Both the position numbers and the translations under genes were made by a program. Source: an uncultured Gemmatimonadota bacterium (GTDB taxonomy: Bacteria > SM23-81 > DAOVCL01). From it: a stretch of DNA of 64,000 nt. Where the stretch lies: positions 64,001-128,000 of the forward strand of contig CAZVGK010000004.1 in the NCBI GenBank assembly GCA_964626665.1. Direction: 5' to 3'. This document shows, in pieces, positions 10,071 to 20,517 of the stretch (positions within the stretch are counted from its first letter, which is position 1; every line of letters starts with the position of its first letter). Under the pieces are notes generated by a model that was not told the origin of the DNA, made no database searches, and saw nothing but the letters and a program-made list of their open reading frames with translations.

Positions 10071-10380
10071 CTTAACCCTCCTTTTAGATTAGACAGGATA
10101 AACATGATGATCAAGATATGCAATTCATGAAACACCGAAGATCACCGAATAATAACCCCGGGTTATACGTTGAGAAACCACGAGATTTCACGAGATATTC
10201 AGAATAAAGAGGTTTACAAATTCATGACCCGTTTCTCACCTAAAAGATGCATTCTTGAATATTTTTATCTAATCTGTGAAAATCTGTGTTCATCTGTGGT
10301 ATAGCGTGTTTTGGGTTTATTAGACAGAGCCTGATCCCCCTTTATCCACTTATATAAAATTGAGCCTTCAATGTCAACCA

Positions 10381-10416
10381 TAAAACAAGAAGGGGCTCCG
10401 ATAACCTGGAGCCCCT
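10381..10416 (-). terminator. Rho-independent terminator of the giant secreted protein gene
   Basis: On the minus strand AGGGGCTCC-N8-GGAGCCCCT followed by TCTTGTTTT, about 35 bp after the stop. Confidence 0.75.
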
Positions 10417-10451
10417 CCCTTTCCATCATCTGTATAGCCACCAGTCACCCA

Positions 10452-13400
10452 TTAGCTCAGAAGAACCATCTTGCGGGTGGAGGTAAAATCCCCAGCCGAG
10501 ATTCGATAGAAGTAGATGCCGGAGGAGAGAGAACCTGCATCCCATCTGACGGTTTTATATCCAGCCCTTTGCTGAGCATCGACAAGAGTGGCTATTCTTT
10601 GCCCTAAGATATTGTAAACCTCCAACCTCACCCAGCAATCCCAGGGCAAGGCATACTTGATCTCGGTGATGGGGTTGAATGGGTTCGGGTAGTTCTGGTA
10701 CAAAGCGAAAGCCGTAGGGAGAATTGAGCCAACTTGATGTATCGGGATGGAAGTAGAAATACCACCTACAGGACTTGATAACTCACTCTCATTCTCCGAC
10801 ATATCCACACAGGAGATTGCAAACCAGTAAACTGAATCTTCAAGGTGGGCAAGATAGACAACTCTTGATGTGCCAGGTTCAACACTTATGGGTGAAGACG
10901 GGCTATAGGGACTCGTTCCATCCCAAGGGGAAATGGAATCCGTATCGTAGTAAAGCAAGTATCCGAGGATGTCTTCCTCTTCATTTGCATGCCATGTTAG
11001 AAGCACGGCATTTGTGTCCACAATCTCAGCTTTTAGGCCGATGGGTTGAGCCGGGGGGGTTGAGTCTAAAAACCATATTCTTGTCCAACCACCTGCCTCT
11101 CCGGTCACAGATTGAGCCCAAACGTAGGCAATCCAACCGACTTCAGATGCCCTTATTTCGAAGTTGATAGTCCCTCCTGAGGATAGAACTTGAATGCCCT
11201 CAAGAGCCGTGTCTGTATCTGCCGTTATTATCTCACCACCAGTTGTTGAGATTGTGAACGGCGTCCCATCCTCTACAGGCGTCCCATCGTTATTATAAAT
11301 AATGTCACTGGTAACTTGAGATACTGCCGTTCCATTGGCCGCTAATGTGTCCGGATTAGGTATAAGATTGAATCCAGAGCCCGGCATTGTAGGCGCAAGG
11401 GTATATTCACCGAATTGGGCTATTTCTGCCCTCACCCAATTACTATCGGGTTTGACTACTCCACCTACATAGATCCAATTTTTGAGTGAATCATCCCAGG
11501 TGTACATCCTTAGTGTACTTTCATCAATATCTGCCACCTCTGTATCAGAATAGGCCAAGGTGAATGTTGCCGGGGTTACCCACTCCAAAGAATCCGGCAC
11601 CAGATGATAAAATCCACCTATCCCATAATGTAGTCCGTAAAACTCCTGAAGCCTGTCTTTAATATTTTTCCTCAGTCTGAATTCGCTTTCTGTTAGGTGA
11701 CTGGACCTCGTTTTTGACGAGTTGCCCCACCAGTTCCAGTTATAGGCTCCGATTAGAGTCCCCTCCTGAAGAGCACCTGCAGGAATATCAAGATAAGTGT
11801 CTCCCATCTGAAAATGTGTGCCCGTAGCAAGAACTGTATCCTGATAATAGGTAAAGACGCTGTCCAGCATTCCCTTTGCCCCTGATCCAAAGAGATTGTC
11901 AAGTAAAGCTTGAGGAACACCTGCAACATCTATAACTACATTGGTATAGGAATCATCCGTATACTCCTCCAAGAGATAAGCCCTCCCTGCTATCCATATC
12001 CCCCTCTTCTGTAAGATATCCTTTTCCACAAAACATCCCCCTTTGAGCCCAATAGAACCCTTAAGCGCCAGTCCCACATTTAGTCTCAGAGTAGTTGGGA
12101 TTGAAGCTATCGACTCAGTTGAAGATTCTTCATACTGAACCGTTATGTCCGAGCCACTCTCCTGCATCTCCCCAATTTGCTTGAACAAATTAAAAAGGAG
12201 ATTCGCTGCCTCGACAGGTGCGAGGGACAAATTCGCCGCCCCGCCTGTTGTGAGCATTACAAAAAGGACTGATGAGTTTCCATAAGCGTCCAAAACAGCT
12301 TGAAGGACGGACTGGTCTCCTGAGATTGTTATTAGATCACACTCGGTTTCCGATACGCCAAGAGGTTTCTTTTGGGTTTCAACGATGATTTTGAATTGGC
12401 CTGCCCCATCGGTGAGGAGTTCAATTTTAAATGATAAATTACCGTTGTAGCTGGGATGGTAATCCTGGTCCAATATATTCAGCCATTGGGGCACATCATA
12501 GGCATCAGACCACAACCCTAAGGGGGTAAAGTCAAAGTCGCAGTCGGCTGATACATCTATCTTCCCAAGAAGTTCATAGCCTACTCCGCAATAAGATTCA
12601 ATGGGATAATTGGTGGCACTGAACTTTGAATGTAGAGAGCCGTTCACGTTACCTGCAAGATGGAAATGAGGGGTCGCGATAACCGTGGGGAGCAAATCAA
12701 AGCCAAGAATCCCCTCTGCTCTGCCTCCTCCCCAGATATCAACCCCCTTATCCCCAGCGTAATAGCCCTCATCGAGGACATCACCCACAGTAGTAAAATG
12801 GGTTATCAACCATTCGTGGATACTCCATAACCATCCTGTCATGGGAACATAATGAAGGGGGTCGAAAAGGACAACAACCGGTGCTGCACTATACTCCAAG
12901 CCCCCCTGAGGGGGATAAGCAAATTGGTAATTGTCCTCTTTGAAAGCCCCTGCACCTACCTCAAGTCCTGCTCCTGCATACGCTCCGGCATCATAATCAT
13001 TTATTGTCAGGGAGACCCCGATACCAGCGCCTGCGCCAAAAGTGCCTCCCAATTCTCCGAATCTATGCCACAACGATGTGTCCGGGCTACTCTTTGTTCC
13101 ACTTAGAGCCCAGCCGACTGCATTTTCCACCACCGTTCCCCAATCTTCAACATCAAGATTGAATTTTGCTTTAAACCGATTTCGCCTTTCATATTCCCTA
13201 TCCTTAATTGCCACATCAAATGAAACCACCTGATAGGATTCCAAAGGCTGTCCATTTACAGAGACGATGTTCACGGTAACAAGGTCGTTGAGTCCACCAA
13301 GGTCATCTGCCAATAGGTCAATATCTACGATCCCCTCATCATCGGTCCAAAAAGCAAGGCTCTGGGTTTGAGTTTCTACCCCAACGCTAACATTCGGTTG

Positions 13401-16400
13401 GGGGTCATCATGCCAATCCCGCACTCTGTAATAACGATGGACTGTGCCACCCTGCATCACCGTTGACATGTCCGGGTTTGTAGGGTTTGGATCTGGGGAA
13501 AGGGAGACAACGGGATGTAATGGAGGTAATGTGAAGTCAACCTGAGTGACTTGTGCCTCACTTATCTCTATACCATTATGAGTAACGGGATCATGACCTT
13601 CCTTTGAGGCCTTAACATCATAAGTGCCGACTGGGATATTCAGATAATAAGTCCCATCCGTGGCCGTCCTGGTAGAATTAACGACCTCTCCGTTCTGTAG
13701 GGCTTCTACCAAAGCATTTGGGATAGGAGGTGCTGGAGGGAATTGCATTTCTGAGACAGTGCCGGAAATAGCACCCCGTCCAGGCACCCAGGCCACCAGC
13801 ACATTGTCAAAGCGGACGGTGGCACTTCCGTAGGCACCGGAGTAGGCGGTGACGGCAACCTGGCCGTGGTCTAAGGGAGTATCCGTATCAGTGTAGTCTA
13901 TGACCTGGTTGTCATCTACCCAGACCTTTATATTTTCACCGATAACCTTGACCTTGATGTGATACCAGGTATTAAGCTGACTTGTATAATCAGTAGTGAT
14001 AATCTCGGTAGAGACTCCGTCTACTATTCTGGAGAGGGTAACTTCATCTGCCCCCATCCAATCGCTTCTCACATTCACCGCATAGAAGTTGTCCTCATTA
14101 ACAACCCGAAATGCCACTACCTTATCCACACCCGCATCTCCATAGACTTCGGCCTCCAAGATATAATCCGTCCAATCAGAATTACCAGCCACACTGAGAC
14201 ACCAGACTTCAGTACCGCTCACGCTGGAGGTGTATTCTTCATTTTCAACCGTCCAGGTGCAACCGCCGTATTTCTGCCACCCATCGTCATTGCCATCAGC
14301 GAAATCATCAAAGAACAGGGTATCCGAGGGACTGGGGTTAAGCTGGAAATCAACGGTTGTGGTCTGATCGGCAATCACTTCCTTTCCATTTTCGGTTTTG
14401 GTCTCATAGCCATCCTTTGAGGCTCGGACATCGTAAGTGCCCACAAGTAAATCTGGAATGCTGTAGCTCCCATCCGATTCTGTAATGTCACTGCCAATTA
14501 TATTTGCTCCTTGCATAGCCTCCGCAAGTGCACCTTCTATCGGGTTTTGGGTGTATGAGTCTTTCACTGTGCCGGCAATCGTCCCGCGCTCGCCGCCATA
14601 AAATTGAAGGATGATCAAACCAGCGCCATAATCTGCTACATAGGCATATGAACTTAAGATATGCACATTACATGCAAGGGCAAATGGCGAAGCCCACTCG
14701 GGTGGAGTAATGTAGTAACCCTCTTCACTCGGGTTAGCCGGATCAGCCACATTGATGATCCTTAAACCACCAAAGAGATCTGCGACATAGGCGTGAGGAC
14801 CCAAAACATAAACATCCGCTGCACTGTGTGGAGTGTCGAAGTAGCCTACCTCATAGGGGTCAGCCGGGCCAGCCACGTTGATGATCCTTAAACCAGCACT
14901 TCCGGCTGCAAGATAAGCATATGAACCCAAAACATACACATCCGGTTCATAGCCTGGAGTATCGTAGTAGCCTTCCTCATAAGGGTTAGTCGGATCAGCC
15001 ACATTGATGATCCTTAAACCAGCATCATAATCAGCGACATAGGCATAAGAACCCAGGACATATACACCATATGCACGGCCTGGAGTGTCGCAGTGGCCTA
15101 CCTCATAAGGGTTGGCCGGATCAGCCACATTGATGATCCTCAAACCAGCATAATAATCAGCGACATAGGCATAAAAACCCAAGACATATACACCCCATGC
15201 GTTGTGTGGAGTATCATAGTAGCCTACTTCATAGGGGTTAGCCGGGTCAGCCACGTTGATGATCCCTAAACCAGCACTTCCATCTGCGACATAGGCATAA
15301 GAACCCAGGACATATACACCATATGCACGGCCTGGAGTGTCGTAGTGGCCTACTTCATAAAGGTCAGCAGGATCGGCTACGTTGACAATCCATAAATCAT
15401 TTTCATCGGCGACATAGGCATAAGAATCCAATACATATACATCGGTTGCATAGTTTGGAGTATCATAGTAGCCCACCTCATAGGGGTTAGCCGGATCAGC
15501 CACATTGATAATCCTTAAACCACCAAAGAGATCTGCGACATAGGCTAAAGAATCCAAGACATATACATCCCGTGCAGAGCCTGGGGTATCGTAGTAACCC
15601 ACCTCGTAGGGGTTGGCCGGATCAGCCACATTGATCACCCTCAAACCAGCATTCGCCCCTCCGACATAGGCATAAGAACCTGACACATATATGCCCCCTG
15701 CACCGTCTGGAGCGTCGTAATAGCTCACCTCATAGGGGTTGGCCGGATCAGCCACGTTGATAATTCCTAAACCAGCACTTCCATCTGCGACATAGGCATA
15801 AGAACCCAAGACATATACATCCCGTGCCCAGCCTGGAGTGTCATAGTAGCCTACTTCATAAGGGTTGGCTGGATGAGCCACATTAATGATCCTCAAACCA
15901 GCCTCATCGTCGGCGACATAGGCATAAGAATCCAACACATATACACCATATGCTTGGTCTGGAGTATCGTAGTAGCCTAACTCATAGGGATGAGCCGGAT
16001 CAGCCACATTGATCACCCTCAAACCGGCCCACGCAGCTGCGACATAGGCATAGGAACCCAGGACATATACACTATATGCATGGCCTGGAGTGTTGTAGTA
16101 ACCTTCCTCATAAGGATTAGCTGGATCAGCCACATTGATGATTCTTAACCCAGCATAATAATCAGCGACATAGAGATGGAGGTTGTTAACAAAAAGACCC
16201 TCTACTACACTTGGGGTGGCAATCTCGGAAATTTTAGTCGGTAATGTGGGGTCTGAGATGTTGAGGATGTATATCCCTCCGCCTGAACCAAGATAGGCGT
16301 AATCGCCTTGAACTGCCACAGCAAAGGCGGGTCCATACGGCCACCGACCGACACAACGTACATTCAGGCTATCGCCTTTGCCTCCAGAGAAAGCTGCGGG

Positions 16401-16526
16401 CACCCCTCTCAAATCCGACCCTCTCCTCTGGGGACCAAAACCCTTCTGCCCCCAATCCATCGGCTGCCCATAGGCCAAAATGGGCACAACCAAGGCAACC
16501 CATATCAAAAACAAACGCTTAACCAT
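10452..16526 (-). CDS. Giant secreted multidomain protein: signal peptide, 14 LVIVD beta-propeller repeats, carboxypeptidase-regulatory domains, ConA/DUF1080-like domain, unknown core, Ig/FN3-like domains, T9SS-type CTD
   Basis: 42-aa repeats '[28 protein letters not shown]'; '[11 protein letters not shown]' lectin-like domain; 'PAQP.GL.A....LTW....E.DI.GY..YY'; 'QNYPNPFNP...SGIYFYR...RKMVLL'. Confidence 0.85.
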   Translation of the reverse strand: MVKRLFLIWVALVVPILAYGQPMDWGQKGFGPQRRGSDLRGVPAAFSGGKGDSLNVRCVGRWPYGPAFAVAVQGDYAYLGSGGGIYILNISDPTLPTKISEIATPSVVEGLFVNNLHLYVADYYAGLRIINVADPANPYEEGYYNTPGHAYSVYVLGSYAYVAAAWAGLRVINVADPAHPYELGYYDTPDQAYGVYVLDSYAYVADDEAGLRIINVAHPANPYEVGYYDTPGWARDVYVLGSYAYVADGSAGLGIINVADPANPYEVSYYDAPDGAGGIYVSGSYAYVGGANAGLRVINVADPANPYEVGYYDTPGSARDVYVLDSLAYVADLFGGLRIINVADPANPYEVGYYDTPNYATDVYVLDSYAYVADENDLWIVNVADPADLYEVGHYDTPGRAYGVYVLGSYAYVADGSAGLGIINVADPANPYEVGYYDTPHNAWGVYVLGFYAYVADYYAGLRIINVADPANPYEVGHCDTPGRAYGVYVLGSYAYVADYDAGLRIINVADPTNPYEEGYYDTPGYEPDVYVLGSYAYLAAGSAGLRIINVAGPADPYEVGYFDTPHSAADVYVLGPHAYVADLFGGLRIINVADPANPSEEGYYITPPEWASPFALACNVHILSSYAYVADYGAGLIILQFYGGERGTIAGTVKDSYTQNPIEGALAEAMQGANIIGSDITESDGSYSIPDLLVGTYDVRASKDGYETKTENGKEVIADQTTTVDFQLNPSPSDTLFFDDFADGNDDGWQKYGGCTWTVENEEYTSSVSGTEVWCLSVAGNSDWTDYILEAEVYGDAGVDKVVAFRVVNEDNFYAVNVRSDWMGADEVTLSRIVDGVSTEIITTDYTSQLNTWYHIKVKVIGENIKVWVDDNQVIDYTDTDTPLDHGQVAVTAYSGAYGSATVRFDNVLVAWVPGRGAISGTVSEMQFPPAPPIPNALVEALQNGEVVNSTRTATDGTYYLNIPVGTYDVKASKEGHDPVTHNGIEISEAQVTQVDFTLPPLHPVVSLSPDPNPTNPDMSTVMQGGTVHRYYRVRDWHDDPQPNVSVGVETQTQSLAFWTDDEGIVDIDLLADDLGGLNDLVTVNIVSVNGQPLESYQVVSFDVAIKDREYERRNRFKAKFNLDVEDWGTVVENAVGWALSGTKSSPDTSLWHRFGELGGTFGAGAGIGVSLTINDYDAGAYAGAGLEVGAGAFKEDNYQFAYPPQGGLEYSAAPVVVLFDPLHYVPMTGWLWSIHEWLITHFTTVGDVLDEGYYAGDKGVDIWGGGRAEGILGFDLLPTVIATPHFHLAGNVNGSLHSKFSATNYPIESYCGVGYELLGKIDVSADCDFDFTPLGLWSDAYDVPQWLNILDQDYHPSYNGNLSFKIELLTDGAGQFKIIVETQKKPLGVSETECDLITISGDQSVLQAVLDAYGNSSVLFVMLTTGGAANLSLAPVEAANLLFNLFKQIGEMQESGSDITVQYEESSTESIASIPTTLRLNVGLALKGSIGLKGGCFVEKDILQKRGIWIAGRAYLLEEYTDDSYTNVVIDVAGVPQALLDNLFGSGAKGMLDSVFTYYQDTVLATGTHFQMGDTYLDIPAGALQEGTLIGAYNWNWWGNSSKTRSSHLTESEFRLRKNIKDRLQEFYGLHYGIGGFYHLVPDSLEWVTPATFTLAYSDTEVADIDESTLRMYTWDDSLKNWIYVGGVVKPDSNWVRAEIAQFGEYTLAPTMPGSGFNLIPNPDTLAANGTAVSQVTSDIIYNNDGTPVEDGTPFTISTTGGEIITADTDTALEGIQVLSSGGTINFEIRASEVGWIAYVWAQSVTGEAGGWTRIWFLDSTPPAQPIGLKAEIVDTNAVLLTWHANEEEDILGYLLYYDTDSISPWDGTSPYSPSSPISVEPGTSRVVYLAHLEDSVYWFAISCVDMSENESELSSPVGGISTSIPIHQVGSILPTAFALYQNYPNPFNPITEIKYALPWDCWVRLEVYNILGQRIATLVDAQQRAGYKTVRWDAGSLSSGIYFYRISAGDFTSTRKMVLLS
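14610..16330 (-). repeat. 126-bp coding tandem repeat (LVIVD blades x14)
   Basis: ACATTGATGATCCT recurs at a 126-bp period (e.g. 15001 and 15127). Confidence 0.9.
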
Positions 16527-16563
16527 TTCTCACCTCTTCAGTTTAAAAGGTTTTCCGATGTTA

Positions 16564-16710
16564 TGTAGGGACAGACATTTATGTCTGTCCGCTTTCCTCG
16601 GACAGGGCTAAAGCCCTGTCCCTACAGACCACCTACGGCGGCCCGGGATAAGTTCCGACCTGTCCTACACAAATCCTCTTTCGGACTACGATAAATTGGA
16701 ATCCCTAAGA
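16564..16710. repeat. GTAG-type REP pair (REPIN-like) and related hairpins
   Basis: GTAG-GGACAGACAT-TT-ATGTCTGTCC (16565) facing GGACAGGGCTAAAGCCCTGTCC-CTAC (16600-16625). Confidence 0.85.
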
Positions 16711-16779
16711 AATCTCTATACATCCGGTGGTAATCCTGGTTCCATTCGCTTGCATCAACACCTCAAAAGAACTTCAAGT

Positions 16780-17241
16780 TCATTTGATTGCTGGGTTGAT
16801 AACTTCTAACCCTGCAATTTGGGCAATGTGACATAACACTGGATCTGCACAGACAAAGTAGGTGAGTTCTCTTCTCTCGGAGAAGGCACTGGCAACTGAT
16901 AACTGAATGGCATCAAGGGTCCTCAAATTGTTCCTTACTCCGAACTCAATTAGCGAAACAATTGCTTTCTGGTAGTAGACAGGTTCCATAGGAACTACTC
17001 GGATTCTCTCATTAACACAATCATCATAGAAGGATTGCAGTGCCTTATCCATCTCATCTTTGCTAAGTTCTTTTACCCTCACCTTCTTGACCAGGGCCGA
17101 ATGGATTTCAACAGTCCCCATTTCCGAAACAAAAACCAGACTATCACTCTCATTAAATATCTCCTCAGCTTTCTCACTTCCATCTTCCCGATGATACAAC
17201 TTTACTAAAGCACTGGTATCAAAGAAGTAATTGGCCGTCAC
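16780..17241 (-). CDS. vapC: PIN-domain (VapC family) toxin
   Basis: FFDTSALVKLY, E in 'TVEIHSAL', 'LRTLDAIQL', 'FVCAD'. Confidence 0.9.
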   Translation of the reverse strand: MTANYFFDTSALVKLYHREDGSEKAEEIFNESDSLVFVSEMGTVEIHSALVKKVRVKELSKDEMDKALQSFYDDCVNERIRVVPMEPVYYQKAIVSLIEFGVRNNLRTLDAIQLSVASAFSERRELTYFVCADPVLCHIAQIAGLEVINPAIK

Positions 17242-17522
17242 TTCCTATCCCTTCTATCATCGATAATCGCTTGCGCCAATGAGCCTTTTATCGAAGAGAG
17301 TGCCTTTTGAGCCTGCTTATGGGAGACCTTCTCATGAAGATGGCCTTTCATAAAATTGAGAAGAAAAGAATCCTCTTCCATACCAAGAGGAGTTAATATA
17401 ACCTCATCTCCGGTAAATATACACCTTGCTTTCTTGCCCAACAAACCCATCTTCTCCCAGATTGATGGATCTATTCTTGTGGTTCCATCTTTCTGGATTT
17501 TTATCTCTGTCACCATTTTCAT
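17238..17522 (-). CDS. Putative antitoxin (AbrB/MazE-like N-terminus)
   Basis: Small ORF overlapping vapC by 4 bp; C-terminal 'LAQAIIDDRRDR' resembles VapB tails. Confidence 0.65.
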   Translation of the reverse strand: MKMVTEIKIQKDGTTRIDPSIWEKMGLLGKKARCIFTGDEVILTPLGMEEDSFLLNFMKGHLHEKVSHKQAQKALSSIKGSLAQAIIDDRRDRK

Positions 17523-17560
17523 AGTCCTTACCTCCTATGAACTCAGCCCCCTTCAGTTTC

Positions 17561-18072
17561 CTTCGGACTTCGATAAATCAGAGTCCCTACATTGACTTCC
17601 TTCTACAAGGCTTTCCCGACCCGTTGCGCGTCGGGACGGGTAGCCGAGGGTCTGCTTAACCCCGCACTAAAGTGCGGTAGAATTTCCTGATACAGCCAAA
17701 GAAAAACCGACCTGCTTAACTTTGACACTATGGCAGATCGGCTGTTTCTTTCTATTGGACTCCAGCTTTGAAATAACCCGCTGCAGAGCCCTCGTTCTTT
17801 GCTTCCCGACTCTCCCTCACCCAATCCTGTCCTGTCTGAATGGTAAGGTATTCTCATCATCAGAAACTTTTTTAAGAACACTTAAAGATAATGAATCACA
17901 TCTTTCCTGTCAAGACCTTTCTCCCCTTTTCCTGCCTATGGAACGCAACCTCCCGCAGGTTTGAAACCTGCGGGAGGTTCAGCCCTTCTTCCGTCAGGGC
18001 AGGAGCCCTGACGGCACTGGTACCCCGTCAGAGCAGAGCCCTAACAGCATCCATCTGCGTAAATCTGCGGTT
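17561..18072. repeat. Mosaic REP-like cluster
   Basis: CTAC-ended hairpin at 17561-17590, interrupted TTCTAC unit at 17601, CCCGCACTAAAGTGCGGTAGAA at 17661, AACCTCCCGCAG palindrome at 17948, CCGTCAGGG..CCCTGACGG at 17991. Confidence 0.8.
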
Positions 18073-18106
18073 CCCTGTTTCCTTCTAGCTGCCCCTTTTT
18101 CTAATG

Positions 18107-18352
18107 TTATGCCAACACCTTTAATTTTTCATACAAGAACTCAGGGGCAAAATCAGCACCATTAGGCCAGGTAATGGTGTGCAGCTCATGATCCACCTTG
18201 AAATTCTTGAAATAGGAGATGTCTTTTAGAGGCTCGAAAATCTCTCCGTCTAATTCCTGTTCAAGGTTTACTTCACCTTCTGAACCATCAGAAAAACGAA
18301 GATGAAGGGTATACCCCTTAACATACTTTACTTCAATCACTCTTGGTATCAT
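18107..18352 (-). CDS. DUF2442-family protein (TA-like partner)
   Basis: 'LHLRFSDG.EG.VNL....GEIFEPL.D...F..F.VD.EL.TI.WPNGADFAPEFLY'. Confidence 0.88.
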   Translation of the reverse strand: MIPRVIEVKYVKGYTLHLRFSDGSEGEVNLEQELDGEIFEPLKDISYFKNFKVDHELHTITWPNGADFAPEFLYEKLKVLA

Positions 18353-18356
18353 AGTA

Positions 18357-18425
18357 TCACTCCAATGGCGCTATTTTTTTTAAATGCTTCTTTCCCTCTG
18401 CAAGTTGCCAGTTCTCAAGCAGCTC
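18357..18425 (-). pseudogene. C-terminal remnant of a DUF4160-family gene
   Basis: Minus frame reads ELLENWQLAEGKKHLKKIAPLE*, ending 4 bp before the DUF2442 start; no DUF4160-like N-terminus upstream. Confidence 0.7.
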
Positions 18426-18495
18426 GAGAAATTGAGGGACGGTGGTGCAGAAATTGCTAAACAATCCGGCCTCGTGAATTTTGAAATTGGATTTA

Positions 18496-19290
18496 GAACT
18501 TGCAGGAGGTTCAACCATGCTCGGACAGGGCTAAAGCCCTATCCCTACGCCTTTTCTACCCAGCTTTAGCTGGGGTAACCTTTTTTGGACTTTAGCCCAT
18601 AAAGGGGGCCTAAAGGCCCTTAACCCACACTAAAGTGCGGTAGAAAGGTCCCGGGCAGAACCCTACCAGCACATATCCGCGTAATTCTGCGGTAATCCAT
18701 TGGAGGAGGCAGAAACCCTCTTCTGTCTCCTTTCCCTTCAAGAGCTGTCAGGAGGTAACTCCTGACAGCACATTTTCGATTGGCATCGGGAGATGCCTCC
18801 CACATTCTCCTACCCGGCTTTAGCTGGGGTAATCTCTTCTGGGCTTTAGCCCCATTGGAATGCGTCAACAGGAGTTGACGCACTCCATAATGACCCGCAC
18901 TAAAGTGCGGTAGAAACTCTGAGGTCTGGAGATTGCTTCGCTGCGCTCGCAATGACAGACAAAGGGATCGTCATTGCTCGCCCTGTCAGGAAAAATAGAA
19001 AAATAGGGACACTTCCTATTTTCTCCATTCCACCCCACTTATGCTATAGCAAGCCTTTTGGGCTTTAGCCCATAGAAGGGCCTGAAGGCCCTGAACCCGC
19101 ACTAAAGTGCGGTAGAAGTTGAAATTCATCCTGAGGTGGCATCCCGATTCATCGGGAGGCCACCTTTCCCTCTGCCGTCAGAATCGGGGTTCTGACAGCT
19201 CAGGTTTTTCTACTCGGTTTTAGCTGAGGCAACCTCTCCTGGGCTTTGGCCCTGTCCCTACTGGGTTAATTAGGGTCAGGCCTTCAATTT
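18496..19290. repeat. Dense mosaic REP-like cluster (~800 bp, about 15 palindromes)
   Basis: Four-hairpin units at 18554-18645 and 18810-18915, partial at 19060-19117; GATTGCTTCG..CGCAATGAC at 18931; GAGG(T/A)GGCA at 18703 and 19133. Confidence 0.88.
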
Positions 19291-19299
19291 ACACAAATT

Positions 19300-19548
19300 T
19301 CAGGTTACTTGCTGAGGAGATAGATTCCGCAGGGAAAAAACAGGCACCTTTTGGTACTTCTCAGGCTTCCCTTTCTCTTTGATGATCCGATCCATCTCTT
19401 GAGCCACCGCTGAAGAAAAAGAAATATCACCACAGCTCTCACAAACTAAAGCTGGCACATCCTCAAAACTATAAAGTTCTTCTTTGAAGTGAACTTCATA
19501 GCTAATGATCTTCTCCTTGAGTTCTCCTCCACACAAAGAACATCTCAT
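19300..19548 (-). CDS. YgiT-type zinc-finger protein (MqsA-like antitoxin)
   Basis: CSLCGG...FEDVPALVCESCGD; start at the ATG 2 bp downstream of the DUF4258 stop. Confidence 0.88.
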   Translation of the reverse strand: MRCSLCGGELKEKIISYEVHFKEELYSFEDVPALVCESCGDISFSSAVAQEMDRIIKEKGKPEKYQKVPVFSLRNLSPQQVT

Positions 19549-19550
19549 TT

Positions 19551-19868
19551 TTATCTCCTCCTCCTTGTCCAAGGGTCAATCCATTTCTGAGGATCTAACC
19601 AATGGACAGTGATAATATAAACAGTCTCACCATCAAAACCGCAGAGAACATACAAAGGTTCTTCTTCTTTCACAAGGCCCATAAAAAGATAAGCGGGAAA
19701 AGGGTTGGCTTTAGGATAAGCCTCTATCAGATCACCGTGAAGAATAACCTCCCGTACTTCCTCGAAAAGGATCCCCCTCTTAAACATTCGGCGATGAGCA
19801 TGACGTCTGATATTTATCTCTCCTTCAAGAACAGCTTTCCTAATTCTCTCTATCACAAGCTCTGGCAT
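19551..19868 (-). CDS. DUF4258-family protein (putative toxin)
   Basis: 'HA..RM.KRGI...EV.EVI..G.LIE.YP...P.P..L..G.....PL.V.C......IITV'. Confidence 0.88.
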   Translation of the reverse strand: MPELVIERIRKAVLEGEINIRRHAHRRMFKRGILFEEVREVILHGDLIEAYPKANPFPAYLFMGLVKEEEPLYVLCGFDGETVYIITVHWLDPQKWIDPWTRRRR

Positions 19869-20028
19869 AATTTAAGTATTGACCGTCCACAAAATTCAAG
19901 TCAATAGCTATCCTCATTTTGAGCACTTCTTTACCAAAATTAACCATATTTATCAGAAACGTCAAGCCATTTTTAGAGGTTCCCCTTTGACCTTTGATTT
20001 GTCAGAGTGCCTACGACCTCAATCATCG

Positions 20029-20517
20029 GCATCAGGAGATGCCTCCCACAATACGCTCTTCTATCTGGCTTTAGCCCGTTCACTGGATGGACTCAACCCC
20101 AAGGGGCCTAAAGGCCCTAAACCCGCACTAAAGTGCGGTAGAAGTTGGAGATTGCTTCGGCTTGCCGCTTCGCTGCCGCTCAGGGCAAACCTCGCAATGA
20201 CTGGTAAGGGAATCGTTATTGCGAGGAGCGGTTCGACAAAGCAATCTGGTTCTACCCGGCTTTCGGACAGGGCTGAAGCCCTGTCCCTACGGTTTTGGAG
20301 TGCTGTGACTCCTGTCACAGCACTCCATATAGGGCCTAAAGGCCCTTAACCCGCACTAAAGTGCGGTAGAAGTTTGAATTTTCTACCCAGCTTTAGCCGA
20401 GGGTTAGCTTGAGGTGGCAGAAGCTCTCTTCTTCTCCACCGCCAGAACAGGGGTTCTGACGGCTCGGAAAGGAGAGTTATGATAGTTTTTTATCTGTGAA
20501 ATCCGTGTAATCCGTGG
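20029..20517. repeat. Dense mosaic REP-like cluster
   Basis: CCCGCACTAAAGTGCGGTAGAA at 20122 and 20350; GATTGC/GCAATC pair at 20150-20246; GTAG REP at 20265; TGGAGTGC..GCACTCCA at 20296; GAGGTGGCAG at 20411. Confidence 0.88.

Noticed and set aside
14610-16330. 126-bp tandem repeats as a CRISPR array or DGR template/variable pair
   Set aside because: They are in-frame coding repeats, no reverse transcriptase is in the window, and the differences are not obviously adenine-specific.
18095-18115. GCATAAC at the DUF2442 stop as an integron attC R'' site
   Set aside because: No convincing complementary R'/L boxes downstream and no intI in the window.
18620-20349. ORFs 18620-18952, 19879-20349 and 20061-20318 (also 17603-17881, 8860-9114, 44482-44733)
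   Set aside because: Translations of palindromic repeats (recurring LPHFSAG); not credible genes.
17661-20371. Recurring CCCGCACTAAAGTGCGGTAGAA as a CRISPR repeat
   Set aside because: Spacing is irregular (200-1000 bp), the intervening DNA is other repeats or genes rather than unique 30-40 bp spacers, and there are no cas genes.
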